Virus record (IMG/VR): IMGVR_UViG_3300032316_000300
Span: 1 to 47,175 of that record
Strand: one strand, 5' to 3'
Source: a virus
Taxonomy: Duplodnaviria > Caudoviricetes
Length of the DNA: 47,175 bases
The translations under genes and the position numbers were made by a program. The notes beneath the pieces were generated by a model that had not been told where the DNA came from, made no database searches, and saw only the letters and a list, made by a program, of their open reading frames with translations. This document shows, in pieces, positions 38,101-45,061 of the stretch; position 1 is the stretch's first letter, and each line of letters starts with the position of its first letter.

Positions 38101-39038
38101 GCTACGGCTGCGGCTCTTGCAGCTTCATCTTGTGCTATAACTTGTTTAGCATCACCACGTTCTTGTACTTTACCAATCGCACCTAATGGGCCGAGTAATG
38201 CTGTTTGATATGCAGTATCTGCATATTCTTTTCTAGCCTCATCATCGGTCAGCGACAAGCCAGCTTGGTAACGCTCAAGCATTTGCTGTGCAACTTCGGT
38301 AGGGACTTCGGCGGCTACGCCTTTTGCTGTACCCTCGGCAAGGGTACGTTTTAATGATTGAGCGACAACTGCATCAGCTTCAGCACGACCAAGTGCCTTA
38401 GCAGGAATACCCATTAACTTACCAAACAATAACTTGTCAGTAAATACATCCAAAGCAGCTTGAGGAACAGCGGCACCGAATGAGGACGCTAAATCAAATG
38501 GTTTACCTTCTTGCTGGCGGCGTTCTATATTTGAGCCCGTTGATTGAATTAATGATGGGGCAAACGCACCGCCTAAACCACCAATGACAGTACCAGCAGG
38601 CCCAAACGCTGAACCAGCCATAGCGCCAAGTCGTGCACCGCCTAGAGCGGTTGCTAATTGTGGGGCTTGTTCTGCAATAGCACTTGGGATTTGACTGATA
38701 GCTTCACGAGCCGCAGGGAGTAAACCTTTTTCATTGTATATAGATTTTACTTTTTCTAGACTAGCACCAGACTTTTCAGTAATAGCTTCTTGACGTGCTA
38801 GACCTTCTACAGCCGATTTTTCACCAGTAAAAGGACTTTCTACCGCGGTCTCCAAAGAACCCAACATACGTTTGGCTCCGCCCTTAAAGGCTTCACCAAT
38901 ACCAGCTGTTTGAAGGGAGGCTTTACGTTGTTGGTATAATAATTCCGCAAACTTTAAAGCGTCAACTTGCGATGTACCTTCAGGCGCAGAGAATGAATAA
39001 TTATGCCCGTCAGGACCTGTAATATTAAAATTAGGCAT
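32178..39038 (-). CDS. giant polyvalent internal virion/ejection protein (zincin peptidase, two ART-like domains, LPD38-like C-terminus)
   Basis: 2286 aa; Gly/Ala hydrophobic N-terminal segments, VVLHELIHAG, two TPAFKKWFG..YH.T..GYDG..VFEPNQ.KSA units, IPFLGAYLQG...NKSFFSDMPIV...SPLQIDYL. Confidence 0.8.
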   Translation of the reverse strand: MPNFNITGPDGHNYSFSAPEGTSQVDALKFAELLYQQRKASLQTAGIGEAFKGGAKRMLGSLETAVESPFTGEKSAVEGLARQEAITEKSGASLEKVKSIYNEKGLLPAAREAISQIPSAIAEQAPQLATALGGARLGAMAGSAFGPAGTVIGGLGGAFAPSLIQSTGSNIERRQQEGKPFDLASSFGAAVPQAALDVFTDKLLFGKLMGIPAKALGRAEADAVVAQSLKRTLAEGTAKGVAAEVPTEVAQQMLERYQAGLSLTDDEARKEYADTAYQTALLGPLGAIGKVQERGDAKQVIAQDEAARAAAVAQAQRRATGTMDQQPLFTPQEAPVQEQLTPEVAPISTVVPEPTTTPPTFGFNDEGKFVNEPAPEVSPDQGDLFTRKGAPTKDALASVEAARLQGLPAKIQELLQTPEGRAELAGNIKMYFPDLDVKERNKTRQAIQQGTYGVEPVAPAEGTLTPEILKTFGITPRSKQYKALEGGNLADPTTYNLLTVAAATNTDFGVKANRILEAFPQYKPSEESATPTQPKPAEVVNEQPQPQDVQPDLFGVQPNGIPDTTEQQGTEQGMGVPVQPAETTPEEAPEPVGPRVDGDSGVPQPNVGAVGPSTAGQPSALAPVPKKVARDAAAALKKEPVATTWGYLSDIPFAKLSKVAKDKVKDAHAQGYLNQELADEIERIEAGNARATAAGKAITPETPLDDTPVQGLTAEAAALPDIEAPLLLTENKQIEDLKNKSVLEVAKWFSTNAPSKSYRIIANILANRFAEFEKAGATYSFKLTNTLKGGTRGQCNTSIDNRTGELEVKVSIQDSSVGKTYEVVLHELIHAGVDSAIGVAQLARKRGKTIPGYAKYVDQISAVAKETKKVIGQRVANRTANEFEIRAYAKNNNAFANEFEFVTWGLTNPDMQATLESIPMGTQGKTLWSEFVTVIRNLLGIPASANTALSELLSASEGLLNTPYTDIKGAISQYSSITTSQINPQTETPAFKKWFGDSKIVNADGTPKVGYHTTVGDFDVFNKDYHGSPTVTQKLGLSFVSFDKNWVNKFGSTSDADIEHVRTYGDGILELSKHNGRNIMPVFIKAEKPFDFENPNHVRHLTHTILGLDARRVADGSWAELESKRVIDFLKANGYDGMYVSERGAKNLAVFEPNQLKSAVGNKGTFNATDNIITNQIDSQTETPAFKKWFGNSKVVDKEGNPLVIYHGTNKWTDATNNVFKPSFSGTLGEGFYFTDDADKASDFAMDIRGERTPETTPEGGNVVPVYLKMVSPVPNVPSPEWQDWIKNKYFRGFDQVEKTYLPGHLAQMKAMKPEQFEHAKKIYAKLNNNTASVTDLFSPVRTSYGLENVEWGHDLSAQLRKAGYDGLIVPVPEKGMTEYVVFEPNQIKSAIGNKGTFDATDTIITNQIDPQAQAQANQFIAGMSGTLARSVPTQTTTPAQAAQNFVSTVYRNPNDALGMIEGMANRIRTSAIDKAAHLSASIQDHNDGAFYDVNGQMRADLKLSAANNTNNYINSVFAFGDIDILPNGAIEVKQGTHSVDNIFRHAKTLADRIGVEQMRKLVTDSFYHYRAKAIIDNISPDKWPENWQKDPRMVPTQAQINAAMAAFNTFPELRAMQNEFIGSKNQMVKFLRKAGFLTAEKTRAFLADDSYAPWLRLKEYQDVMPGLGNMGKMVDLSQMKALVGGTEEVNDMLENMSQMIGWCVRSGISNHTANSALDTMSSMGTAVRHAGRPGTGNPAHVVMTYVDGKPTFWTVDNPYDLAAFQSVKGLNSPVMRAIGKGLGTLRAGIVLFPAFPLRQVVMDSQRAFVEAGVKNPWSMVGKIYSSFLSGEAFRGQHQDIQKLMQHGVVGGADFTAMDTTRGRATQFGIGEEAKTITDKWVRSPAYNFLHKLAYSADLAVRLGIYRQTLEETGDETLAATKAREIINFQKAGTSELMHTLKQTIPFLGAYLQGMDVNYRGMVGRGNSMQARKAAAKAYWGNMAMYAGLTIAYTMAMSGDDEYEDQKGYVTDHNFLIPGGGLLPIPPDVGFLAKVVPERITDYILQEGTDSPESARRLRQGLLQSFAAGYMPPAAVYGVTPAIELMLNKSFFSDMPIVSQRMQGLDPRFQYTASTSEIAKEIGDITGQSPLQIDYLFNAIGGTSAGALLQLADVAFGSGKMAPDKTPIISSFQQKTVGGRNAEEYYALREMSDRAYNTVQALALEQNPEKLQAYLADPKKQQLYAMHQGIESLHAQLNQVSRIRNIIEKDPNLSPEEKRQKVNELLANVEATLRAMPIRKQRAELE

Positions 39039-39076
39039 TACTACCCTCTAAAGGTACATTGAATAAATGCATTATA

Positions 39077-40825
39077 CTACGATGTAGGGTTGATTTTAAA
39101 ACCTTTATTGATGAAACTCTCCACTGTATCGCCACTAGTATCCGCCACCGCAGCACCGCTACCAGCACCAAGTGAATTTAACTGATTAGTATAGGCAGTC
39201 AACCGCGCTTTCACGTCTGCTGGCATTGCCACACCCATTGGATATTGTTTTTGGATATCGCCAATTGCTTTAGTTAAGTTAGCACGTTGCGATGCAACAT
39301 CACGTTGACCGATAGCCGCAAACCCTGGGTTACTAATCTCATAGGCTTTTTGGATAGCTTCTGAATCAGTCATAGTAGGATTATCTTTTTTAATTGTTCT
39401 AGCAATATTGTTGATTGTATGTTGCGCTTTGTCAGCCGCATAGTAGGTAGCACCGATTTGCTCTCTAGCAATACGTTCTTTAGATTGTGTTTCATATAAA
39501 GTTTTAGCTGCTTCGTTTTGTTGGTCAATACCTTTAATACCTAATGCAGTTAGATTAGCGCGAGCAGCTTTCATAGCAGCTTTTGCTTCTTTTAGGTCTG
39601 CTTCATTGCCACTATATTGAGCCGCGTTAAAGATATTTTGTGCAACCGCTAGATTATTAAGTTTGTCATTAATTTTCTCTTGGCGTAATTCTTCTTTATC
39701 TGCAATCTCAACTTTAGTTTTACCAGCACCAGCTAGTGCACGAGAGAATGCAGTTGCAGTAGTCTCACCAGGTTTTGGTGCTTGTGCTAATTGCTGTGCA
39801 AATTCAAAGTAAGGCATGGCTTCATTGAGACGAGAACGAGTGTCAGATAAAGTTTTCTTACCTTCAAGTTCTTCTTTTTGTCTACCGTATAAATTAAAGT
39901 CAACACCTTCAGCAATTTGACGTGCTTTACGTTCTTCTGCTTTTTCTGCGTAAGTATATGGTTTGCCAGTAGCTGGATTCATTTCAGCATTAAGTGCGGC
40001 TTCCATCTCTGTTTGTGCGGCAGTGTAAGGTTTAATCTCATACCCAGCAATACCTTGATTGCCTTTACCAGCACCTGCACCGCGTCGCGCTACACTATCA
40101 GCAAAAATTGAATCTATTGATGCATTGCCTTTGACATCTGCAGCTGGAGCACCTCTTGTAGCATCTGCCATTAGTGGGTTTACTTCACCTGTTTGTAATC
40201 CAGTTAGTACACTACCGATAGCTTTTGTACCTAAATCAGGTTGTTTGATGCCTTTGTATTGGTTAGCAACATCTTTAGCCGCTTTTGTAATTGGTTTATT
40301 ACGTAATTCAGCTACGCTAATTGGCTGGCCAGTTTCAGGGTCAATCACCATTTTGTTCTTATCACGGATATTACTATAAGCATCACCTAAATAGTTTAAC
40401 TCTCTACCTATCAATCTAGGTCCAGTAAAAACAAAATCTTTAAACCCTTCAACATAAGGCGCTCTTGCTTTTTCTGCTCGGCGGTGCTCTGCCCAATAAC
40501 CGTATGGGTCTGGGTCCTCAACTACATCACCTTCTTTAAACGCAATGATGCCACCCTGTGCCATACCTTGTACTGGTAAGTTTGAAGGCAGTGTGTCTAC
40601 CCCTTGGCTTTCTGCTTGTTGCATTACTTGTTGTGCTACAGGTGGTTGTTGTGGTTGTTGAGTAGCCATCGCTTGTTTAGCTTGTTGGCTTTCTTTAATC
40701 TTTTGCTGTAGTAATGGCACACCGATATAAGGAGGAACCGTGCCGTTTTTAATCGCTTGTTGTAGTTGAGCAATGGACAGCTTAGAAGCCTGTGCCATTA
40801 CACTCATAGGATTTTGATTAAGCAT
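39077..40825 (-). CDS. internal virion/ejection protein
   Basis: 582 aa, helical, Gln/Ala-rich, GMAQGGIIAF motif; lies before the giant protein. Confidence 0.65.
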   Translation of the reverse strand: MLNQNPMSVMAQASKLSIAQLQQAIKNGTVPPYIGVPLLQQKIKESQQAKQAMATQQPQQPPVAQQVMQQAESQGVDTLPSNLPVQGMAQGGIIAFKEGDVVEDPDPYGYWAEHRRAEKARAPYVEGFKDFVFTGPRLIGRELNYLGDAYSNIRDKNKMVIDPETGQPISVAELRNKPITKAAKDVANQYKGIKQPDLGTKAIGSVLTGLQTGEVNPLMADATRGAPAADVKGNASIDSIFADSVARRGAGAGKGNQGIAGYEIKPYTAAQTEMEAALNAEMNPATGKPYTYAEKAEERKARQIAEGVDFNLYGRQKEELEGKKTLSDTRSRLNEAMPYFEFAQQLAQAPKPGETTATAFSRALAGAGKTKVEIADKEELRQEKINDKLNNLAVAQNIFNAAQYSGNEADLKEAKAAMKAARANLTALGIKGIDQQNEAAKTLYETQSKERIAREQIGATYYAADKAQHTINNIARTIKKDNPTMTDSEAIQKAYEISNPGFAAIGQRDVASQRANLTKAIGDIQKQYPMGVAMPADVKARLTAYTNQLNSLGAGSGAAVADTSGDTVESFINKGFKINPTS

Positions 40826-40827
40826 TT

Positions 40828-41967
40828 TTATTCCTTATAGTTCATTACATCATGGTAAGCAATTGCGTCAATACCATCACCAGCGCGTTTATTAATATCT
40901 TTTGTACTACCACCTGCTTTAGCTAGACCAGCTACCTTAGCCAAACCATATGCACCTGCACCTAAAGAACCAATTTGTGACGCTGTAGACGCTGCTGGTG
41001 CGTAAGTTTGTGTTGTAGCGCTTTGCATTGGTAAGCCATGTAGCAAGTTACTCATGTTAGCCAACTGCATCATTGGGTATTGCTGTTTAGTTGCGTAGTC
41101 TTGGATAGCTTGATTAATCTTAGCTTGTTCGGCTTGTTGTTGAGCACCACCAAACTGATTCTGCATATTAATAATGTTTTGTTGACCTTGCAATTGTGAT
41201 TGACCCAATTGACCTAGTGCACCTGCAGCTTGAATACCTTGTCCATAACCTTGTAAAGCACCTTGCATACCTTGAAGCCCTAAGCCAGCACCATACTGCA
41301 TGTTCTTTTGAGCAGCATCAAAAGCGTTTTGGTAACCTGTACCAATCATTTGGTTCATACCCATGTTCATATTACGATTGTTTTCAGAAGCCATTAAAGC
41401 CTCACGAGAACCGCCAAACGCACCTGCCCTAGTAGCAGCACCTTGTTGTTGTTGTCCTGTAATACCATATTGACGACGCGATTCTTCAAGTGCAGGATTA
41501 AGTGCACTTTGTAAGTATGGGTTCATGAACGCTTGAGTAGCGCCTGGGTTTGTTGCCATTCCAAAGTAGTTGTTACCTGCCTGACCCATTTGACCAGCCA
41601 AACCTAATGAACCTAAACCACCAGCACCAGCTAGTTGTGAACCTGCTTGGTATTGACCTGGAAGTTGTAGGTTGGCAGCACCGCTATAAGCTTGTTGTTG
41701 CATTGGAGATGCGCCAGCAAAGTAGTCATTTACATTTTCACTATACGCTTGATATGGTTTAAAACTTTCAATGTTGCCATTTTTACCAATATTAAATATT
41801 TGGCTTTGGGCACCGCCCAACATAGACATTACATAAGGTTTGGCATACTCAGGGATATTTGATGTGTACGTAGTACCAGTAGAAGTAGTATTACCACCAC
41901 CACCGCCAGCCATGCTAAACATGAACTGGTCAATCATAAACCATTTAATAAACTTTAAAATACTCAT
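40828..41967 (-). CDS. ejection (pilot) protein, P22 gp7-like organisation
   Basis: Short leader then GGGGG-Thr tract; NPY, AGAFGGSR; Gly/Gln/Ala-rich. Confidence 0.65.
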   Translation of the reverse strand: MSILKFIKWFMIDQFMFSMAGGGGGNTTSTGTTYTSNIPEYAKPYVMSMLGGAQSQIFNIGKNGNIESFKPYQAYSENVNDYFAGASPMQQQAYSGAANLQLPGQYQAGSQLAGAGGLGSLGLAGQMGQAGNNYFGMATNPGATQAFMNPYLQSALNPALEESRRQYGITGQQQQGAATRAGAFGGSREALMASENNRNMNMGMNQMIGTGYQNAFDAAQKNMQYGAGLGLQGMQGALQGYGQGIQAAGALGQLGQSQLQGQQNIINMQNQFGGAQQQAEQAKINQAIQDYATKQQYPMMQLANMSNLLHGLPMQSATTQTYAPAASTASQIGSLGAGAYGLAKVAGLAKAGGSTKDINKRAGDGIDAIAYHDVMNYKE

Positions 41968-42380
41968 ATTAATTTCTCCACTACTGTCTCAGTAGCCATA
42001 AGTCCAACTTTTTGTCTATACAATCTAATTCGTGCACCTGAAGCATAAGCTCTTATTTTAGTAGCGCCTTGAGATTTGGCCCATGCAACTACTTGGTTAA
42101 ATGATTCCTCATCTACAATACATCTACCCCCTACTGTAGTCATGGTAGCTACCCTATGATTAGGGAGAGAGCTTACTTGTATTGTTGCCGCCCCTATAAT
42201 CTGTTCGTTTTCTACTGCTACTAATAAAGTTTGTGACCCACTAACCAACTGCATTTTTAATTGGTCTGCCGAGCAGTCAATATTACCTAGCGCCACATCA
42301 ACAGCAGACTCAATAAAGTGACCTACTACTTCCCACATTTGATGCACATGGACTGGGCTTACTGATTGTATTGATATCAT
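41964..42380 (-). CDS. GNAT-like protein among the ejection genes
   Basis: 138 aa; LLVAVENEQIIGAAT, VGG, WAKSQGATKI, RLYR. Confidence 0.65.
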   Translation of the reverse strand: MISIQSVSPVHVHQMWEVVGHFIESAVDVALGNIDCSADQLKMQLVSGSQTLLVAVENEQIIGAATIQVSSLPNHRVATMTTVGGRCIVDEESFNQVVAWAKSQGATKIRAYASGARIRLYRQKVGLMATETVVEKLI

Positions 42381-44155
42381 GCAGGTAAATACTTCTGAGG
42401 TTTAATTTGTTTACCTTGTTTCTTGTTGCCTGTACGAGCAGTGCGAACTTTGTCCATCATAGCATATAAGTGTTTAGCACCTGCATCTGTTGAGCCGTTA
42501 CCTAAATGACTAACTACGTCAGCTGGCACTACAAACTCGCCATCAGCCAATCGAGCAGGTTGTCTATCCCCAATAGTAGCAGGGATGTTATCAGACATAC
42601 CATCACCAGGGCCTTTAAGCAATCTAGGATTACCACCAGCTGCATAACCACCTAAGTTGTAGCTAGCAATACCGCCTTGAGCTAGCCCTTTGGCCACGCT
42701 TGGGTTAGTCGCTGCAAGTAATGGTACTGAATCAGCTAATGAATAGTAATCAGCAGTCCCCCCTCGTGGGCCACTATATTGAACAATAGGTGCTTGTTCT
42801 TGGTATCGGGATTGATAATGATTTTCTACAGGTGCAACTTTATAATCACCTACAGAAGGGTCAACATCCATCTGCCCCATTTTACTACCTAGGCCACCCA
42901 TATCACCACGACCACGATTATATGATTGTGTAGCCTCACTAAGTTCTGATAAGTTACGGGCCCCACTAAAATATGGTACACCATAAGCGTTTGCACCATA
43001 ATCGTTTGCACTACCACCAAAAGCATAACGAGCAACACCGCCTTCAGCCATTTTTAGTGGGGAACCCATATACGGGTCTGTTGGTACTTCGTAGTCTGCA
43101 TTAACTACTTGTGCGCTTGTTGGCATTTGACTTGGTGTCGCATACTGCGTTGTATCTAATCTACCTTGAGGGTAAGCCATGTTGCCACCCATACCGCCTT
43201 GTGCTAGTGATGTAATACCACCCTGTGCATAGGAGCGCATTACGCCACCTTCAGCAGCGTATTTATCATCATTAAAATAGTTAGTGTATTGCGCTTGTGG
43301 ATATGGACTAGGACGAGGTGCTTCATATGGGGTAAACTCATCACGGTTATACCCAGCCAATGGACTCTTTTCGTCTTTCTTTTCAGGTTCTTCCATCTTT
43401 TTAGGATTAAGCATACCGTATGCCGCACCACCAATACCTGCAGTTGCATATGGGTTTTCAATTGCAAAATCTAAACCTTTTTCTAGTGTACCGCCAGGTG
43501 TAGGGTTAATCATTTCTTTAAGCCCTACAAACGGGGCTTTAGGTGCAGCTGCAATACCTTGTTGTGCTTGCGCCGCAGTTTGTGCTGCTTGCTCTGCTGT
43601 TACTTGACCTGCGCCTAAACCACCAGCTGATGGGGTTGCCGTAGCTAATTGGTTAGCTGGGGCTACTGATGTGATACCTGCATTAGTGATAGGTTGCATA
43701 CCGCCAAGATTAGCTGAAGCTTGTAAACTTTCAAGCCCTGTAATAGGTTGCATACCGCCAAGACCTGTAATCCCTGCAGTGCCAGCTTGAGTAGCGGCTT
43801 GAATTGGTGCGCCTGTTACAGCATTAAATGAATTAGCCATTCCAATTTCAGGTAATGTTGCTTTTAGCATTTCTGGCGCTGCGGCAGTTGTGCCTTGTGC
43901 GACTACAGGAGCAGCCACAGTTTTACCAACTTCAGTACCAGCAGCAGTAGCGCCAGGCAACAAAGCACTTGTCACACCCGACATGGCACCGCCTGTAATA
44001 CCGCCAAGCAGAGCAGCTTGTAATGGGTCTTCTCCTGTGACTAAGGCTTTACCACCGCCAAAAGCCGCACCAATAAGCGCAGCTTCACCGATACCCCCAC
44101 CGACGTTATATCCTGGGTGCTTTAGAATGCCTATGTTAAATCTGGAGCTAAACAT
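42377..44155 (-). CDS. internal virion protein with repeated AxGG motifs
   Basis: 592 aa, low complexity; C-terminal GPGDGMSDNIPA...LADGEFVVPADVVSHLGNG domain. Confidence 0.65.
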   Translation of the reverse strand: MFSSRFNIGILKHPGYNVGGGIGEAALIGAAFGGGKALVTGEDPLQAALLGGITGGAMSGVTSALLPGATAAGTEVGKTVAAPVVAQGTTAAAPEMLKATLPEIGMANSFNAVTGAPIQAATQAGTAGITGLGGMQPITGLESLQASANLGGMQPITNAGITSVAPANQLATATPSAGGLGAGQVTAEQAAQTAAQAQQGIAAAPKAPFVGLKEMINPTPGGTLEKGLDFAIENPYATAGIGGAAYGMLNPKKMEEPEKKDEKSPLAGYNRDEFTPYEAPRPSPYPQAQYTNYFNDDKYAAEGGVMRSYAQGGITSLAQGGMGGNMAYPQGRLDTTQYATPSQMPTSAQVVNADYEVPTDPYMGSPLKMAEGGVARYAFGGSANDYGANAYGVPYFSGARNLSELSEATQSYNRGRGDMGGLGSKMGQMDVDPSVGDYKVAPVENHYQSRYQEQAPIVQYSGPRGGTADYYSLADSVPLLAATNPSVAKGLAQGGIASYNLGGYAAGGNPRLLKGPGDGMSDNIPATIGDRQPARLADGEFVVPADVVSHLGNGSTDAGAKHLYAMMDKVRTARTGNKKQGKQIKPQKYLPA

Positions 44156-44194
44156 AATTTAAACCTTTATTAATTTAGTTGTATGTTATCATTA

Positions 44195-45061
44195 TTATGG
44201 TGCTGATACAAACGTTGCAGTTAGAATAATAGATGGAGCTGCAGGATGTATCGGGCTTGTACCAGGAGGGTATGTGCCAATAACTGTATCTCCAGACTCT
44301 GAGTGGAACATCAATTGAATATTGTCCCCAGCATTTATAGAAAGCACTATATTCCAAGCAGCTATGGTAGCGCCTAACTTAGTACCAGGCCCTGTTGGAA
44401 TTGTAGCAACGCCAGCACTATATGCAACATCAGTACCATTTTGCCTAAACCAAAAAACTACGTTATCTATTGAACTTTTAGGATTTAAAAGTTGGGCGCT
44501 AAACTGTATGTTGTAAATTCCGTCCAAGCCAAAGTTAATTTTACTATTATCTACTGTATCTATACTTACTTGATTGCTAGTATCTGTTGAGTCAAATGGA
44601 ATAGCCAATGCCGTTGTTGCATTTGGCACTGCTTGCGCTTCGGTTACATAAACTCCAGCTGCATGAGAAGCTCCTGAAGAGCCATATTGAGAGCGAGTAA
44701 TTCCAGTAAATGTGGTTGCTGTTTTTCCTGTGTAACTAATTAATTCTTTTCCAATTATAAGCGTACCAGCAGATGAAAACAAAGCGGTAGAAGCTACAAC
44801 AATAGTTGCCGTTGAACTTGAATTTGGTATAGCATTAGTTAAAGTTGTATAGCCATCTTGATGGAATGCACCATTAGGAAAGTTTAAATACGACCCGACT
44901 GTGTTAGTGCTAAATGGTTGTGTAAAATTGTCTATCTGTGCAAAGTAAAGACGCAATGCATTAGTTAGCTGGTCTTGATACTGCTGGCTATACTCAACTG
45001 GGCCAATAGGCAAGTTTGGTGCTTTGGAGGCACGAAGCGGTATGTTTTTTTCACCCGCCAT
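44195..45061 (-). CDS. tail-associated protein with C1q/BclA-like jelly-roll C-terminus
   Basis: APNLP..P.EY N-terminus; AIPFD, GIYNIQFSAQL and AGDNIQL strands. Confidence 0.55.
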   Translation of the reverse strand: MAGEKNIPLRASKAPNLPIGPVEYSQQYQDQLTNALRLYFAQIDNFTQPFSTNTVGSYLNFPNGAFHQDGYTTLTNAIPNSSSTATIVVASTALFSSAGTLIIGKELISYTGKTATTFTGITRSQYGSSGASHAAGVYVTEAQAVPNATTALAIPFDSTDTSNQVSIDTVDNSKINFGLDGIYNIQFSAQLLNPKSSIDNVVFWFRQNGTDVAYSAGVATIPTGPGTKLGATIAAWNIVLSINAGDNIQLMFHSESGDTVIGTYPPGTSPIHPAAPSIILTATFVSAP

